DNA of 64,000 bases from Callorhinchus milii (taxonomy: Eukaryota). Both the position numbers and the translations under genes were made by a program. Under the pieces are notes generated by a model. It worked only from the letters and a program-made list of their open reading frames with translations. It was not told the origin of the DNA and made no database searches. Below, piece by piece: positions 37,461-49,985 of the stretch. How positions within the stretch are numbered: the stretch's first letter is position 1; every line of letters starts with the position of its first letter. The stretch is taken from positions 41,046,001 through 41,110,000 of the forward strand of contig NW_024704743.1 in NCBI RefSeq assembly GCF_018977255.1. Direction: 5' to 3'.

Positions 37461-37874
37461 GAAGAATTTGAGCTAAATAATAATAATACTTTGCATTTGA
37501 TATAGCGCCTTTCACGTCTCAAAGCGCTTCACTGGATATACTGAAAAGTGGATTAACTGCGTAATTTGTGAGCAAATCTTTGACTGTGTTTTTCCCCTCC
37601 AGCTCCCATCCTCAGATTGGGTGCCCAGCCAGAATTGTCAAATGGTTTAGAACATCCTCACAATGTGAGAGGGCTTTATAACTGTAAATGTTACTGTTTT
37701 ACTAGTCTAGTGTAATACTGAGCAACAAACTGATTTTGTTTAAGTAAACGGCAAGAATCTTTCCTTTTGGTGTAGCACCTTTCATATCAAGAGGGCATCA
37801 TTTTATAAAGTATTACTTGAAATAAACCAGATTTGTACAGACATTTTATTCAGAATTTAGTCCCCAGTTGTTAG

Positions 37875-38285
37875 TAATAATAATCCTTGCAAATAATCCT
37901 GTGGTATAGTTTCCCTTTGTTGAGATATCTAAGAGTGCTTCACAGGATATACTGTAAAGTGTATTTTGAACGGACAGGCAGCAGACAATTTGCCCAGAGC
38001 AATAATAATAAAATAATAATAATATGTCCCACAAACAGCCACAAAGTGAATGACCAATTTTATTTGGGGGATTGTTGGCTGGGATAATGGTATAAAATCC
38101 ATTTTTTTTTGAATGGTGCAGTGGGATTTTCAACATCCTTGTGAACAAGTAAACATCCATCTCATCCAAATGACAGCACCTCACACAATGCAGTGTTCAG
38201 CCTGGTTATAAGAGTTCAAAAGCTTGAAGCAACAACCTTCTGACTCAGAGGTGAAAGTACCAGCAACTGAGCCAGGCTGACACAC
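37875..38285 (-). mobile_element. Deu-domain SINE
   Basis: aaccttctgactcagagg head and shared tail in reverse orientation. Confidence 0.7.
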
Positions 38286-38547
38286 AGCTTTACCTAATTG
38301 CCTAGAAGTGTCTAGAATTCTATTCTATTCTAACTCAGAAACCATAACCTGTTCTGGGAAGAATTTGTCCAAAGATATTGAAAACACATTTTACACAGGC
38401 ACAATTTTGTAGCTGTGATATTACAAAGTAATTAACTGCTTGCAATAATTTAAATAACTTTTTTCTCCACTAAGATTGCTAAATGTGACTGAATTGTATT
38501 TGCAAAATCCCAGGTCACTACTGGTTACAGTTATATTTGTGAAAGGT

Positions 38548-38821
38548 TTATTTTTTAATGCAGCAAACACCTTTTCTTCCCTTCAGTTCAATTCTATTTT
38601 CTGTTAAGCTTAATCTGTTTGATCTCATTTGAGCTTCTAAACTGAACCCAGTTAGCACTGTAGTTCTGCGTGACTGAGATGGCAGATTTAGGCTGAATGT
38701 TAAGGTTTTGTAATGGGAGTCCTGAATTGCACACGGAGGTGTTTTCAAGGTTGACTTGATGCTGACATTAGGTGCAATAGTTCTCCAGGACTGTCTTCTT
38801 TTAGCTTGATAATGCAAACAT
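38548..38821 (-). CDS. Candidate coding exon, gene unknown
   Basis: Acceptor atatttgtag then ~90 open codons (CLHYQAKRRQSWRTIAPNV..IELKGRKG) in non-repeat DNA; donor weak or exon terminal. Confidence 0.25.
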
Positions 38822-38869
38822 CTACAAATATTGGCACCAGTTACCCAGACAACAAGAATGTCAGCTTTC

Positions 38870-39370
38870 ATTTATATAGTGGCCTTCACGCAGAATAACA
38901 TCTCGGCGTGCTGTACAGTGGCAGGGTTGGATACCGAGCATGAGAGAAGGGGAGGCGAATGTAGGCACAGATAAAGAGATGATTTTCAAACAAAATTTAA
39001 AGATAAAGAGGGGGTGAGGCAAAGAGACTGAGGCAGAGCGTTCCAAAGATTAGAGATGTAATGGCTTGGCAAAAAGGTGGCATTGAGGGTCGGGAGATAT
39101 GCAGCCGGCTTGTTAAAGCTGAGCAAATAAGTCAAGCAGAAAAGTAGGATACAAGCATGTCAGGGAGGTAGGGAAGTGCTAGACCGTGAAGGGATTTAAT
39201 TGTGATGGTGAAAGATCTTCATGTCAATCTATCCTGAGACAGGGAGCTGTTGCAGCCTGGTAAGGATTGGGGTGATGGGTGTATGGAATTTGGTGTAGGT
39301 CAGAATACGGGCGGTCGAGTTTTGTGATAGCTGAACCTTGTTGTAAGTGAACTGCGGAGACCAGTGAGGA
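38870..39370 (-). mobile_element. Old L2 3' fragment
   Basis: atttatatagtggccttcacg tail; gaggcagagcgttccaaag and other L2 C-terminal motifs in reverse. Confidence 0.65.
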
Positions 39371-41722
39371 ACACATTTGAGAAATCAAGATAAAATAATT
39401 TAAATTTTGCAAGACTGACATTGCACTTCCATCATGTTAGACAGTGTTCACCTGACTGGGAAAACTCTATTAGTTGACTTTTCACACTGACATGGAATCC
39501 CGACACTGCCTTCTGAAAACAGGTCTCTGTCTGAAGTCAAACTACTTGAATTCAAATTGGAGCTGAATGGTACTGATGCAAAATAACATGCTAAACAAAT
39601 AAATTGGCATTGTTTATTTATTGCCCAGAGTGGCTTGAATATTTAATAGATTTCTTTGCAAATCCCTAAGCATGCACAGTTGCAGTTCCATTTTTCTATT
39701 CTATTTTTGTTTTTCTTTGGAAAAAAACTTCAGCAAACATCTGTACTTCTTCTCAATTCAATCCAATTGAGTTTATTTATGACTTAATCCTTAATCTCTA
39801 TCTCCACAATTTACGTGACTCTGCTGCCCTGGCCATTCCCTCCGTTCAGCTGGCCTGCTTCATGACCCCACCTGCTCTGCCCCACCATCTGTGACCAAGT
39901 ATTTAGCCACTCTGCCTCCATTCTCTGAAGCTTCATTCCAGAGACCCTCTGCCTTGGCCCCCACTCTCCATCTTCAGTATCCACCTGAAAACCTATCTTG
40001 ATTATGTTTTCAACTCCCTTGTCCCTCTCATCCTCAGTTCTCCCACACCATCACTACCAGTTTGTGCTAGTAGTCAATATCTTCCAGATGTGAAAGGCAC
40101 CATATATACGTTCTGTTGTTCTTATTGTTGTCATCCAATTCAACTGATTTGAGCACTAAATTGAACCCAGTTATGGAATCTGTAATCATGCAGTTCTGGA
40201 GTAAAGGGTTTTAGTTAAATTATCAACAATAACAGCATCTTGCCTTTAAATACTGGCTGCCATGTCTGTCAACAAAATACACAGTCACACTATTTTACAT
40301 TATATCCTGTGAGGCACTTTGAGACACCTTCCCGACTTGATAAGGTGCTATACCAAAATGCAATTATTATTATTATTATTATTATTACTATTATTACTAT
40401 TATTATATAGGACCCTTCACAGAAGACAGCATCAAGCTGTTGCACAATGGGGTAGGATGGATCCCAAGGAAGGAAGAAGACATTATTTGTGAATAGCATT
40501 AAGTCTGTGATTGTAAGCATGATTTCACTCCAAGATAAACAACACTTACATAGCGTCCTTCACATGGGGTAGCATTTTGGAGCGCTGAACAGTGATGTAG
40601 CATAATGCCAAGCCAGGGAAAGAGGAGGTAAGGCTGAAGAGAAAGTCTTCAGATGTGATCATGGTAAAAATGGTAAAGTTCCACAAACTCCTTTTTTCCA
40701 ATGCCTTCTTTGCTATTTCACCTGTTTTCTTTTTTCCAAAATCACTTTACACAATCCTAGAGTTTATTCTCAATTAAGCAGATGTGCTAATGCGAGCAAA
40801 GAGTTCTTCTGCTCCATTCAATTACAGATTTTTTCCTTGGGCCCTTAAAAATAAATGCAATGCAATTGAAAAGTATAATTGAAGTTTACTTGAATGTTAT
40901 GCTGTTTACAATTCAAAATTGCATTACATTGAATTACACATGCAGAGGAAAACAAATAACTTAATTTAGCCCACAAAGTGCTTGGCCAATTTAATTAATT
41001 TAAACAAGAATAATAGAGCAATTGGGCCATTTACCGCATTTTTTTTGAAGGGCTTATTCCCACCGGAAAAGTGATCTATCAATCGACTAATAACTGGGCT
41101 CCTACTTACTGCTAAGTAAGCAGAGGCATGTGGAGTAAGGAAACGTGTCCAGTGATTCGCCCTGCCCAGAAATCAAACACAGGTCCACCTGCTGGGAAGG
41201 CAAGGGCTCTAACCAAGAGGTTACAGGATTACATGCTAATCCCTACCAGCAGGAAAGTTGTTCTGACATGTCTACAATGGAAATTCCTCATGTAGATACT
41301 CTTCTCATCAGGTAATTTCTCTGTTCCATTCACCAACTTCATTTAGCACAATGGGTCAAATGGCCTTCTTTTGCATTGTAAATTAAAACATTTCTGCAAC
41401 TTGTAAAGACATTTTCATTACCATTTATTCATTCCATCTAAGTCATCATATCACTATGTAACCAAAATTAGTTAAATTAGTTGATATTTACCAATATTGA
41501 ATGACAACTTTAACTCATCTATAACTTAGCATAACTTATATTTACATTGTTGTTTAGTTGATATAAGTGGTGAGGCAGTAAACATATTCAGGTGGTAAAT
41601 CTGCTGATAATAGAATTAAAGCTATTTTGCATTGGCACTCTTCTTTAATGGCTTGACTAGGCCATTTGATGCAACATTGATTGAAGCACTTTGCGACGTC
41701 TCGAAGATGTGATAGGGTGCTC

Positions 41723-42065
41723 GGAGTCCTGTAGCTCAGTGGTTAGAGCACTCGCCTTGCAAACGGGTTCGATTCCTGGCAGGGTTAAACCATGGGCAAG
41801 CTTCCTTACTCCACATGCCTGATAATAATCCCTCAAGAAAAAATAATAAATTGGTCACTTCAATCCACACCTGTTTGTGGGACACTGCTGTGCACAATTG
41901 GTTGCCACGTTTCGTACTCAAAAAATATACAGTCAATTCACTTTACAGTATATTCTGTGAAGCAATTTGAGATGTCCAGAAGATATGAGAAGCACTATAT
42001 CAAATGTAAGCATTATTTTTTATTGATATATATCAAATGCAAGGATTATCAATATTATCATTATT
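41723..42065 (+). mobile_element. tRNA-derived SINE, short subfamily
   Basis: ggagtcctgtagctcagtggttagagcactcgcc head; duplicated tail. Confidence 0.9.
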
Positions 42066-43174
42066 AATATTATTATGGGTGCTCTAACATTAGAGGATGT
42101 CAGATTGCATCAAAGAGATTTAACCAAAACCGTCTCAGTGCAACTCAAATTACTATTTATCTGATTCAAGCCAAGATCAGTTCCATGCTTTACTTTGCCA
42201 AAAAGACCATATCTGGCATTCTCTGTTGCATGTTACATTGTGATGACTTACTGTAGCCCATGTATCTGCCTGGCTTTGCTGGTATCACTCTTGCCTTTGA
42301 GTCAGAAGGTTGAGGATTTATACCCCATGCTGCGACTTGGAACTCATATAGTCTAAACTGACACTCCAGTGCAGTGCTGGGAGGGGTTTGCATTGTTGGA
42401 GGTGCTGACCATTGGATGGGATGTTAGACCAAGATCCGCCTATTTATGGGATACTGTGAGAAGCATTTTGGGGTGTCCTCCCAACATGAAAGGTGCTAAA
42501 CCAAATGTAAGGATTATATTCCCTCTCCCAACTGCAAATTGAACAATGGAAACAGGCTTTAGTAGCCATTTGAAAGTTCTAGTAATAGATTCTCTCCTGA
42601 CTATGCTGAATTGCTCAATGATACTCGGTTTTCAATGTTACAGTGGTTGATCTTCCTATAGCAGCATGTCTCACTTCCTTCTTATGGGAGATCTTTCTTA
42701 GACAGTTCTTTCCTCAGGTTCAGAGGATGTAATGGTTCACTCTATGCCTGTCTGACTGAATTCAGTTTCTTATCTTATTCACCCCAGACTGAAGAATACC
42801 ACCGTGATAAGGGAAAACATTTCACACAATGAAAAATTGCCTCTCATCATTTAATTACTGTTTAATAAAAAGCTCTGCTTCAGGCAGGTGTGGTTTGCAT
42901 CCAGAATACTGGGTTTATTTCTGAAATGGCTTGATACTATAATGGGCAAACTGGAAGGATGAGATCAAATAGCCTGAAGGTCTTCTTTCCTCCAAAATTT
43001 TCTTGTGATCTTGTGATTTATTTCCTGACTATTCCAATCCGACTAAACAAGAATTCTAGGCTTCAGTATTACAAATATAGTAATAGTAGAAAATAGTATG
43101 GGACACTAGCTTTCACCAGTTTAGAAACAGTTTTTTTTTAAAATAAAGAAACTTGTAGCTCTATGCGATTTATG

Positions 43175-43530
43175 AATCCTGTAGCTCAGTGGTTAGAGCA
43201 CTCGCCTCACAAGTGAGAGACCTGGATTTGATTCCCAGCAGGGTGAAATTAAATGTTGGGCAAGTTTCCTTACTCCACACACCTCTGTTTACTTAGCAGT
43301 AAGTAGGAATCCAGTTGTTAGTCGATTGGCGGATCGCTTTTTGGGGTTAATAATTCCTTCAACGTTTAAAAAAAACAATAAGTTGGTCACTCAATCCACG
43401 GCTGTTTGTGGGACACTGCTGTACGCAATTGGTTGCCGCATTTCGCCCACAAAATATAGTCAATTAATTTTACAGTATATCCTGTGAAGCACTTTGAGAT
43501 GTTTCGAAGATATGATAAGGCGCTATATCA
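43175..43530 (+). mobile_element. tRNA-derived SINE, long subfamily
   Basis: Head plus the ctgtttacttagcagtaagtaggaatcc block. Confidence 0.9.
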
Positions 43531-44206
43531 ACTTTGCTTCAAAACAATGTCCTTAATACCACAGCATAGTTCCTGTGAGTGCATATAAATTCTGGCTATG
43601 ATAAAGATTCTCCACTCTAGGTATCCCATTAGCAACTATCACATATCAGATCCCATTATGCTAACAGTTTGGCAGTGAATCAACGATTATACCATAGACT
43701 TACTGTTGAAACAATCTAAAACCAGCCAAAAGTGTAATCTAATCCTATTATCTAATTTGAAATGTATTCAGCTACTGTTAACATCTTGTCATCCTCTCAA
43801 TATTGTAAAGTGAAATGATAAAATGCACAGAAACATGAAGCACACTACAAATCAATTATAACAATCTTAATGGAATTAATTATCAAAAAATATTATTTTT
43901 TAGACTGCTACTAACCTCAGGGAAATAATTACTCTGAGCTGAATGCATATAGGAAATAAAAATGGGAGATATATGTACTCCATGGGATAGAATTCGCCAA
44001 GGGGGAAACTGAAAGAGATTCAGGAGGTGTGAATTGACTTACAAAGTCAAACAGTATGATGCTGGAATAAATAATGCAAATGTTGAAATATATTGAAATA
44101 TATTGGGATTTTGACTTCCCATTGTCCAGGCTGACACTACACTGCCATGCTTTGTTGGAGGTGCCATCCTTTGGATGAGACATTAAACCAAAGTCCTGTC
44201 TTATCT

Positions 44207-44440
44207 CGTATAAACACAGAAGTAACTAGGAATATGCAGCAGGTCAGGTAGCATCCATGGAGAGAGGAAAATGAGTTAGCGTTTCAGGTCTATGCTTTTT
44301 CGCCAGTTCTGATGAGATGTCATAGACTTGAAACGTTAATTCATTTTCCTGTCTCCATTGGTGCTGCCTGACCTGCTGCATGTTCGCAGTGACTTCTGTG
44401 TTTATACCAGTTTCCAGCATCTGCAGTACGCTGCCTCCTA
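44207..44440. mobile_element. Penelope-like fold-back unit inserted in a Deu-SINE
   Basis: 8-bp TSD tcttatct (44199-44206, 44441-44448); arms ~44209-44302 and ~44310-44406. Confidence 0.75.
44305..44341 (+). ncRNA. Minimal type I hammerhead ribozyme motif
   Basis: AGTT-CTGATGA-gatgtc-ata-gactt-GAAA-CGTT-AATT: core intact, stem I pairs with one G-U, stem II has one mismatch, palindromic stem III. Confidence 0.62.
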
Positions 44441-44599
44441 TCTTATCTGCTGAGGTGAACTTTAAAGGTCCCAATGCACTGTTTGAAAAAGAGTAGAGAA
44501 TTTCTCCTGGTGTCCCGGCCAAAAATCCCTTAGATAAAATTGGAAATTCATTTAATGATTGTTTGTGAGACATTGTTATTACATGTGGCAACCTGCCGC

Positions 44600-45028
44600 A
44601 GTGGTATTACTCTCGCCTCTGATTTAGAAGGTTGTGGGTTCAAGCCCTGTGTCGGGACTTGGAATCACGTTGCTAAGCTGACACTCCAATGCAGCGCTAG
44701 GAGTGTGTTTCATTGTTGGAGGTGCCGTCCTTCAGATAGGACGTTAAACCAAGATTCTGTCTGCCTGTTCATTTGGACATTAAAGATCCCACAGCACGAT
44801 TCAAAAAGAGAAGGGAGTTTTTCGCAGTATCCTGGTCAAAATCCCCCAAATAAAATGTATCACTCACTCCATGGCTGTTTGAGGGGCATTGCTGTGTGCA
44901 ATCGGCTACCATGTTCCTCCACAAAATGCACAGTTACTCCACTTAACCCAATAAATCCTGTGAAACGCTTTGAGATGTTTTGACGACGTGATAACGAGCT
45001 AAATCAAATGAAAGTATTATTATTATTT
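44600..45028 (+). mobile_element. Near full-length Deu-domain SINE
   Basis: ctcgcctctgatttagaaggttgtgggttcaagccc head; ggaggtgccgtccttcagataggacgttaaacc core; (TAT)n tail. Confidence 0.8.
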
Positions 45029-45461
45029 TTGTACGTTGCAAAATGAGTTCAGTTCAGATCCACAAGAGTCATACTAAAGCTGTGTAGTGTATTCATCCAG
45101 CCACATTGGAGAATTGAGTATATTTCTGGTCCTTGTGACACAAATGGGCTGCCTGCTGCCCAAGTCCTTTTGACAGTGCACAGGAGAGCAATGAGGATGA
45201 TCCCCAGAATTAGAGGAATAAACTATAAATAAGAATTAGATTCCTCAGGCTTATAAAGATAGCTCTTTGCAGGCACCTTATTGGGGTTTACTGTCTATGA
45301 CTTTAAATGATATTCAGAACAATACTTTCATTCATGTCAAGGCAGCAGAACAAGAGGGTAATAGGATAGGGTTTTACAGATAACTTCAGAGAAGGCACCA
45401 GAGAATACCTTTATCCTGTGGGCAAAGTAATGATTGGAAAGCATTACCAGGAAAGCTGATA

Positions 45462-45834
45462 GTAATAATAATCCTTGTATTTGATATAGCGCCTTATCAT
45501 GGCTTCAACATGTCTCAAAACACTTCACAGAATATACTGTAAAGTGAATTGATTGTATATTTTGTGGGTGAAACACAGCAGCCAATTGGGCATAGCAGTG
45601 TCCCACAAATCATCATGGATTGAGTGACCAAATTATTTTTATTTATTTTGAAGGAATTATTACTCCTGGAAAAGCGATCCGCCAATCAACTAACAACTGG
45701 AGTCATACTTACTGCTAGGTAAACAGAGGCGTGTGGAGTAAGGAAACTTGGCCAATGTTTCGCCCTGCTGGGAATCAAATCCAGGTTCTCTCGCTTGCGA
45801 GGCGAGTGCTCTAACCACTGAGCTACAGGACTCC
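45462..45834 (-). mobile_element. tRNA-derived SINE, long subfamily, inside an old CR1 (~45010-45970)
   Basis: Complete reverse-complement copy ending gctacaggactcc. Confidence 0.9.
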
Positions 45835-47121
45835 GTCCTGATGCCAGGATGCTGGATTTATTAAAGAAATAGCTTGATTCTGTGATAGCAGGAAAGTAGG
45901 ATGGGTATTCTGAGAAGCATGCTATTAATAGGCTGAATGGTCTTCTTCATCCAAATCGTTTCTGAAGAGTTATACAGTAAAGTTCAAATAACATCCTTTC
46001 ATGTAGAAAGAACTGAAAGTGAGTATAGACCATTATCCTTTAGCTTCGAGTTTTGAGCCACCATGATGGAGCCATAGCCTGAAAGCAATGATTTTCAAAA
46101 CTGTGCAGTGCTTCATTTAAATATATTACAAAAATACTCTATAAGCAATTTGTCAGTTATTTGTCAATGTAATCTCACATTCAGATACAACATACATTTA
46201 TTGTAAGAACTGAATTAGATACAGTGCAACATTTTTCACCTTAACAATGTTTATTGCTTTTCTCATATTTCTCATATACAGAGCATCATAAACAATGATG
46301 CAGTAAGAAGATCAAGGCAATACAATTCCAATTATATTCAGTGATATCATGTAATAGTGAAGAGCTTCCTATGTACATAATGGCATGATGGAAATTTTTG
46401 ATGCAGTTCTGTGAATGTCTAGCCTGACATTGACTGTTGTATTGAGGGAAGTACTGGATTCTTGGAGGCCCTGTCCTTCAGATCAGGGCGGAATATGGTG
46501 CCATTACCTCCTGCTCCACCTCTTCTCCCTTCGCTCTCCGTATTGCCTCATAGCTCCTGCTCCAGCTCTCTTCCGATTACTCTCCACACTGCCTTGTGCC
46601 TTGTACAACCTTGTGATAGGCAGCACAGAAAGGATGGGTAAGTGGCACCATGAATGGCCCATTCCCACATTTTGAAAAACCTGGCTCTGCCACTGCTTCA
46701 GATGAGATATTAAATAAGCCATTCTTCTGTTCAGCTGGAAGTTAAAAATACCATTGATACTATTTAAAAAGAGAAAGAATCTTAGGGCTACCATTTCCTT
46801 ATTAAAAAAGATCAATCATTTCTTGGCTGTTTTTGGTTGTGGGACATTGCTGTATGCAAATTGGCTGCCATGTACACCTACAAAATACACAGTCGAAGCA
46901 CTTGACAAGAATTAGCTGCAATACCTTGACACATTTCCACAGTTTACGCACTGTATCTAATGTTAGCTCAATTAGTTATGCCTATAATGTGAACACATTT
47001 ACATTAACCTTTGGTTTCATGGCTCACTAATCATTGGCTATTGATATCAAATAAATGCAGTGTACGATATATCAATAAACATCAGATATATTAAATCCTG
47101 TAGCTCACTAGTTAGAGCACT

Positions 47122-48459
47122 TGTTAGAATTTACACTTTTTGTATAATGTTAGAATCATAATAGATGTTGTGAACGGGTTAACTTTTAAATTAAGTGTGG
47201 GGGCAACTGGACTGACAGTCATGGTATAAGACACATCTGGTTTTCTCTGTTTTTGAAAGAATAACAGGACAGCTTTGGAAAAGGGCAGGGGGTCACCTCT
47301 CATCAGTAAATGACAAGACGCCCACAGAGGTAAAGGTCTAAGTTACCAGTCGACACAGGATCTCGACTGAGCAATAAGTCGCTAGATTCCGACAGGGCCT
47401 GCCAAGCGACAGAAGGCAACCCTCAAGAATAGCAACTAATGAGCAAGTTGCTTAAACTGGAGGACCTTGGTACCATCCCGGGATACTGATAAGAAATAAC
47501 CAGTCACTTAAAAGGAATGTACTAATGATCCCACACCACAAAATAATGAGCACCAGATACAGCCCTAAACTGATCAATCCTCTATCTTAGACAATTAGAT
47601 CAGATAACAGGGGTCTTAAGGACAATGTGTATGTGTGTGAGGCACGTACACCCCATGAGGTGTTCACGTGAACCCTGCATGATTTCGACAGGTGCTCTAA
47701 TGTCCGCACCATGATTGGATGAACATTGGTATAAGAGTGCCGTTAACTTTGTGAACGGGGCCGTCCCGGGTCGTGGAGACAAGGATAAGGGAGATGGGGC
47801 CATCCCGGGTCACGGAGACAAGGATATACGGGAGATGGGGCCATCCCGGGTCACGGAGACAAGGGTACGGGAGATGGAAGACTGAGAGCTGGAAACATTG
47901 AGACTGAGGACATTAATTGGATGATTGAAAGCTGTAAGCAAGAAGACTGAAAGCATGAAGAATCAAGCTTGTGTGCTGTAAAGACACAGTGTTGAACTCA
48001 AGATATCTACGGTGGTATTATTCTGTTATAAGATCTGTTGATGTACCGGTCTTTGGTCTGACCCATCGGGATATTGCGGAATAACGAACGAATAATAAAA
48101 TAGTCAGATATCTAGTTAAAGGAATTCGACTTTAGTTGCTTTAGTCGTTATTTCCTTATAGATTTGGCTGATTTTATTTTCAATCAATTTGGGATTTATT
48201 CGGCAGGATACTCTGAATTAATACACTCGGCAGTTGACGTGTTTATGAGTCTGGTACGACTGTAACTAGTAAATAGTCGGGACGGTGGCCCTAGTACTCG
48301 CAGAAATTATGTGTCCAGTACGATCGTAAGTAGTAGATAGTTGGGACGATGGCCGTGCCTGCAGGCAATTAACCGAATGTATTAACCCATTGGGATTCTG
48401 AGTATTAAAGAACCAATATAACCATTCGAGCGAGTGTCTCTTATTTGGATTTTCTAACA
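47122..48459 (+). mobile_element. Solo LTR (1338 bp), same family as 4115-5076
   Basis: TGTTAG...CTAACA termini; CACT duplicated at 47118-47121 and 48460-48463; AATAAA 48094-48099. Confidence 0.93.
47757..47875 (+). repeat. Three 39-41 bp tandem units inside the LTR
   Basis: ggggcc(g/a)tcccgggtc..ggagacaagg..gggagat x3; only one unit in the other LTR (~4740-4778). Confidence 0.92.
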
Positions 48460-48734
48460 CACTCGCCTTGCAAGCAAGTGACCCGGATTTAATTTCCGGC
48501 AGGACGAAACCTTGGGCAAGTTTCCTTACTCCACGTGACTGATAATAATCCCTCAAGAAAAAAAACAATTATAAAATTGATGACTTCAATGCACGACTAT
48601 TTGTGGGACACTGCTGAGCGCAATTGGCTGTCATGTTTCGCCCACAAATATGCAGTCAATTCATTTAACTGTATATTCTATCAAGTGCTTTGAGATGTCT
48701 AGAAGATGTGAAAATTGCTATATCAAATGCAAGG

Positions 48735-48765
<31 letters not shown>

Positions 48766-49054
48766 GTTAGCCAGAAAAGTTACTGTTGAAATCACTTACT
48801 GCATTGTTAACTATGCAGTCATCTAAACATGCTAACTGCTACAAACTGCATGGCCTCAATAATATGACTGTGAACTCCCATCAAAATGTACCTCATTTGC
48901 TGCATTTTGGTCATCTTTCCTTCCCCACCCTTCTTGGCTCCTACCTTTACCTTTGAGCATTGTTAAGTGCTTTGAGACATTCTCCCAACATGAAAGGTGC
49001 TATATTAATGTAAATTTTATTTTATCTTTATTCATGATTGTCAAACTGTCTTCG

Positions 49055-49407
49055 TTATTGTGGCTGGTGTATAATGACTTTACATTTGGCTTTATTAACA
49101 AACTGAACAGTGAGGAATTCTTTTAAGTTGAATCGATTTTCAGGCATGTTGTTCTGCTCTGCTTGGCAGCCTGCTTCAGTCAGTTGACTGCTAGATTCAC
49201 AACTCCCCTGCATTGGTATCCACTCCCATACTCCATATGTTTTTGGTGCAGAACACACCTTGTTTTGGTCACTCATAAAATCATCTGATATCTGTCTGAA
49301 TGCCTCTGGTAGGATACAATATTGTGCCTTTTCCTGACTGCTATGGTGCCTTTGCATATCTTCATAAATCATATTGCCCTTCTCGTCAGCACTTGTGGCA
49401 TTTTCTT
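49055..49407 (-). CDS. Candidate terminal coding exon, gene unknown
   Basis: Acceptor gaatgttttag|AA then ~116 open codons ENATSADEKGNMIYEDMQ...FNLKEFLTVQFVNKAKCKVIIHQPQ*; non-repeat DNA; phase-compatible with 58240-58295. Confidence 0.45.
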
Positions 49408-49509
49408 CTAAAACATTCAGTGTAAGACCTTTTGTACAGTAAATTTTATTATCAAGGTCATAGATAGGATCACAGGATGAAGTTTAGCCTTATATTTCTC
49501 AAGTACCAT

Positions 49510-49985
49510 GGTGTCCCATGGGGTAGTGATTAGTGTGCTGGCCTCATGAGCGAGTAGACCTGGGTTTGATTCCCGGGTGGAACAAAACTTTAGGCAAGTT
49601 TCTTTACTCCACATATCTCTGTTTACCTAGCAGTAGGTAGGAACCTGGTTGTTATTCAATTGACCGATCACTTAATAATCCCTCCCCCTTCCCAAAATAT
49701 GCAGTCAATCAATCCACGACTGCTTGTGGAATATTGCTGTCTGCAATTGTTTGCTGCGTTTCACCCACAAAATACATAGTCAATCAATTTAACAATATAT
49801 TCCATGAAGTACTGTCAGATCTCTTCATGACGTGATAAGGTGCTATATCAAATGCAAAGATTATTTTTATTATTTTTATAAATATACAGTCAATTCGCTT
49901 TATAGTCTATTCTGTGAAGCGCATTGAGATGTCTAGAAGATGTGAAAAGCGCTATATCACATGCAAGGATTATTATTATTATTAA
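49510..49985 (+). mobile_element. Diverged tRNA-derived SINE, long subfamily, with duplicated 3' end
   Basis: Head, ttaggcaagtttctttactccac body and two successive tails. Confidence 0.8.

Larger units (their letters stand above)
47094..48762 (+). mobile_element. tRNA-derived SINE split by the solo LTR
   Basis: Head tcctgtagctcactagttagagcact ends at 47121 and resumes as cgccttgcaag at 48464; (TAT)n tail to 48762. Confidence 0.9.

Noticed and set aside
47757..47875. CRISPR-like array
   Set aside because: Contiguous tandem units with no unique spacers, inside an LTR in vertebrate DNA, and no cas genes.
4115..48459. One giant LTR element bounded by the two LTR copies
   Set aside because: Each LTR has its own TSD (AAAT versus CACT) and interrupts a different host, so they are independent solo LTRs.
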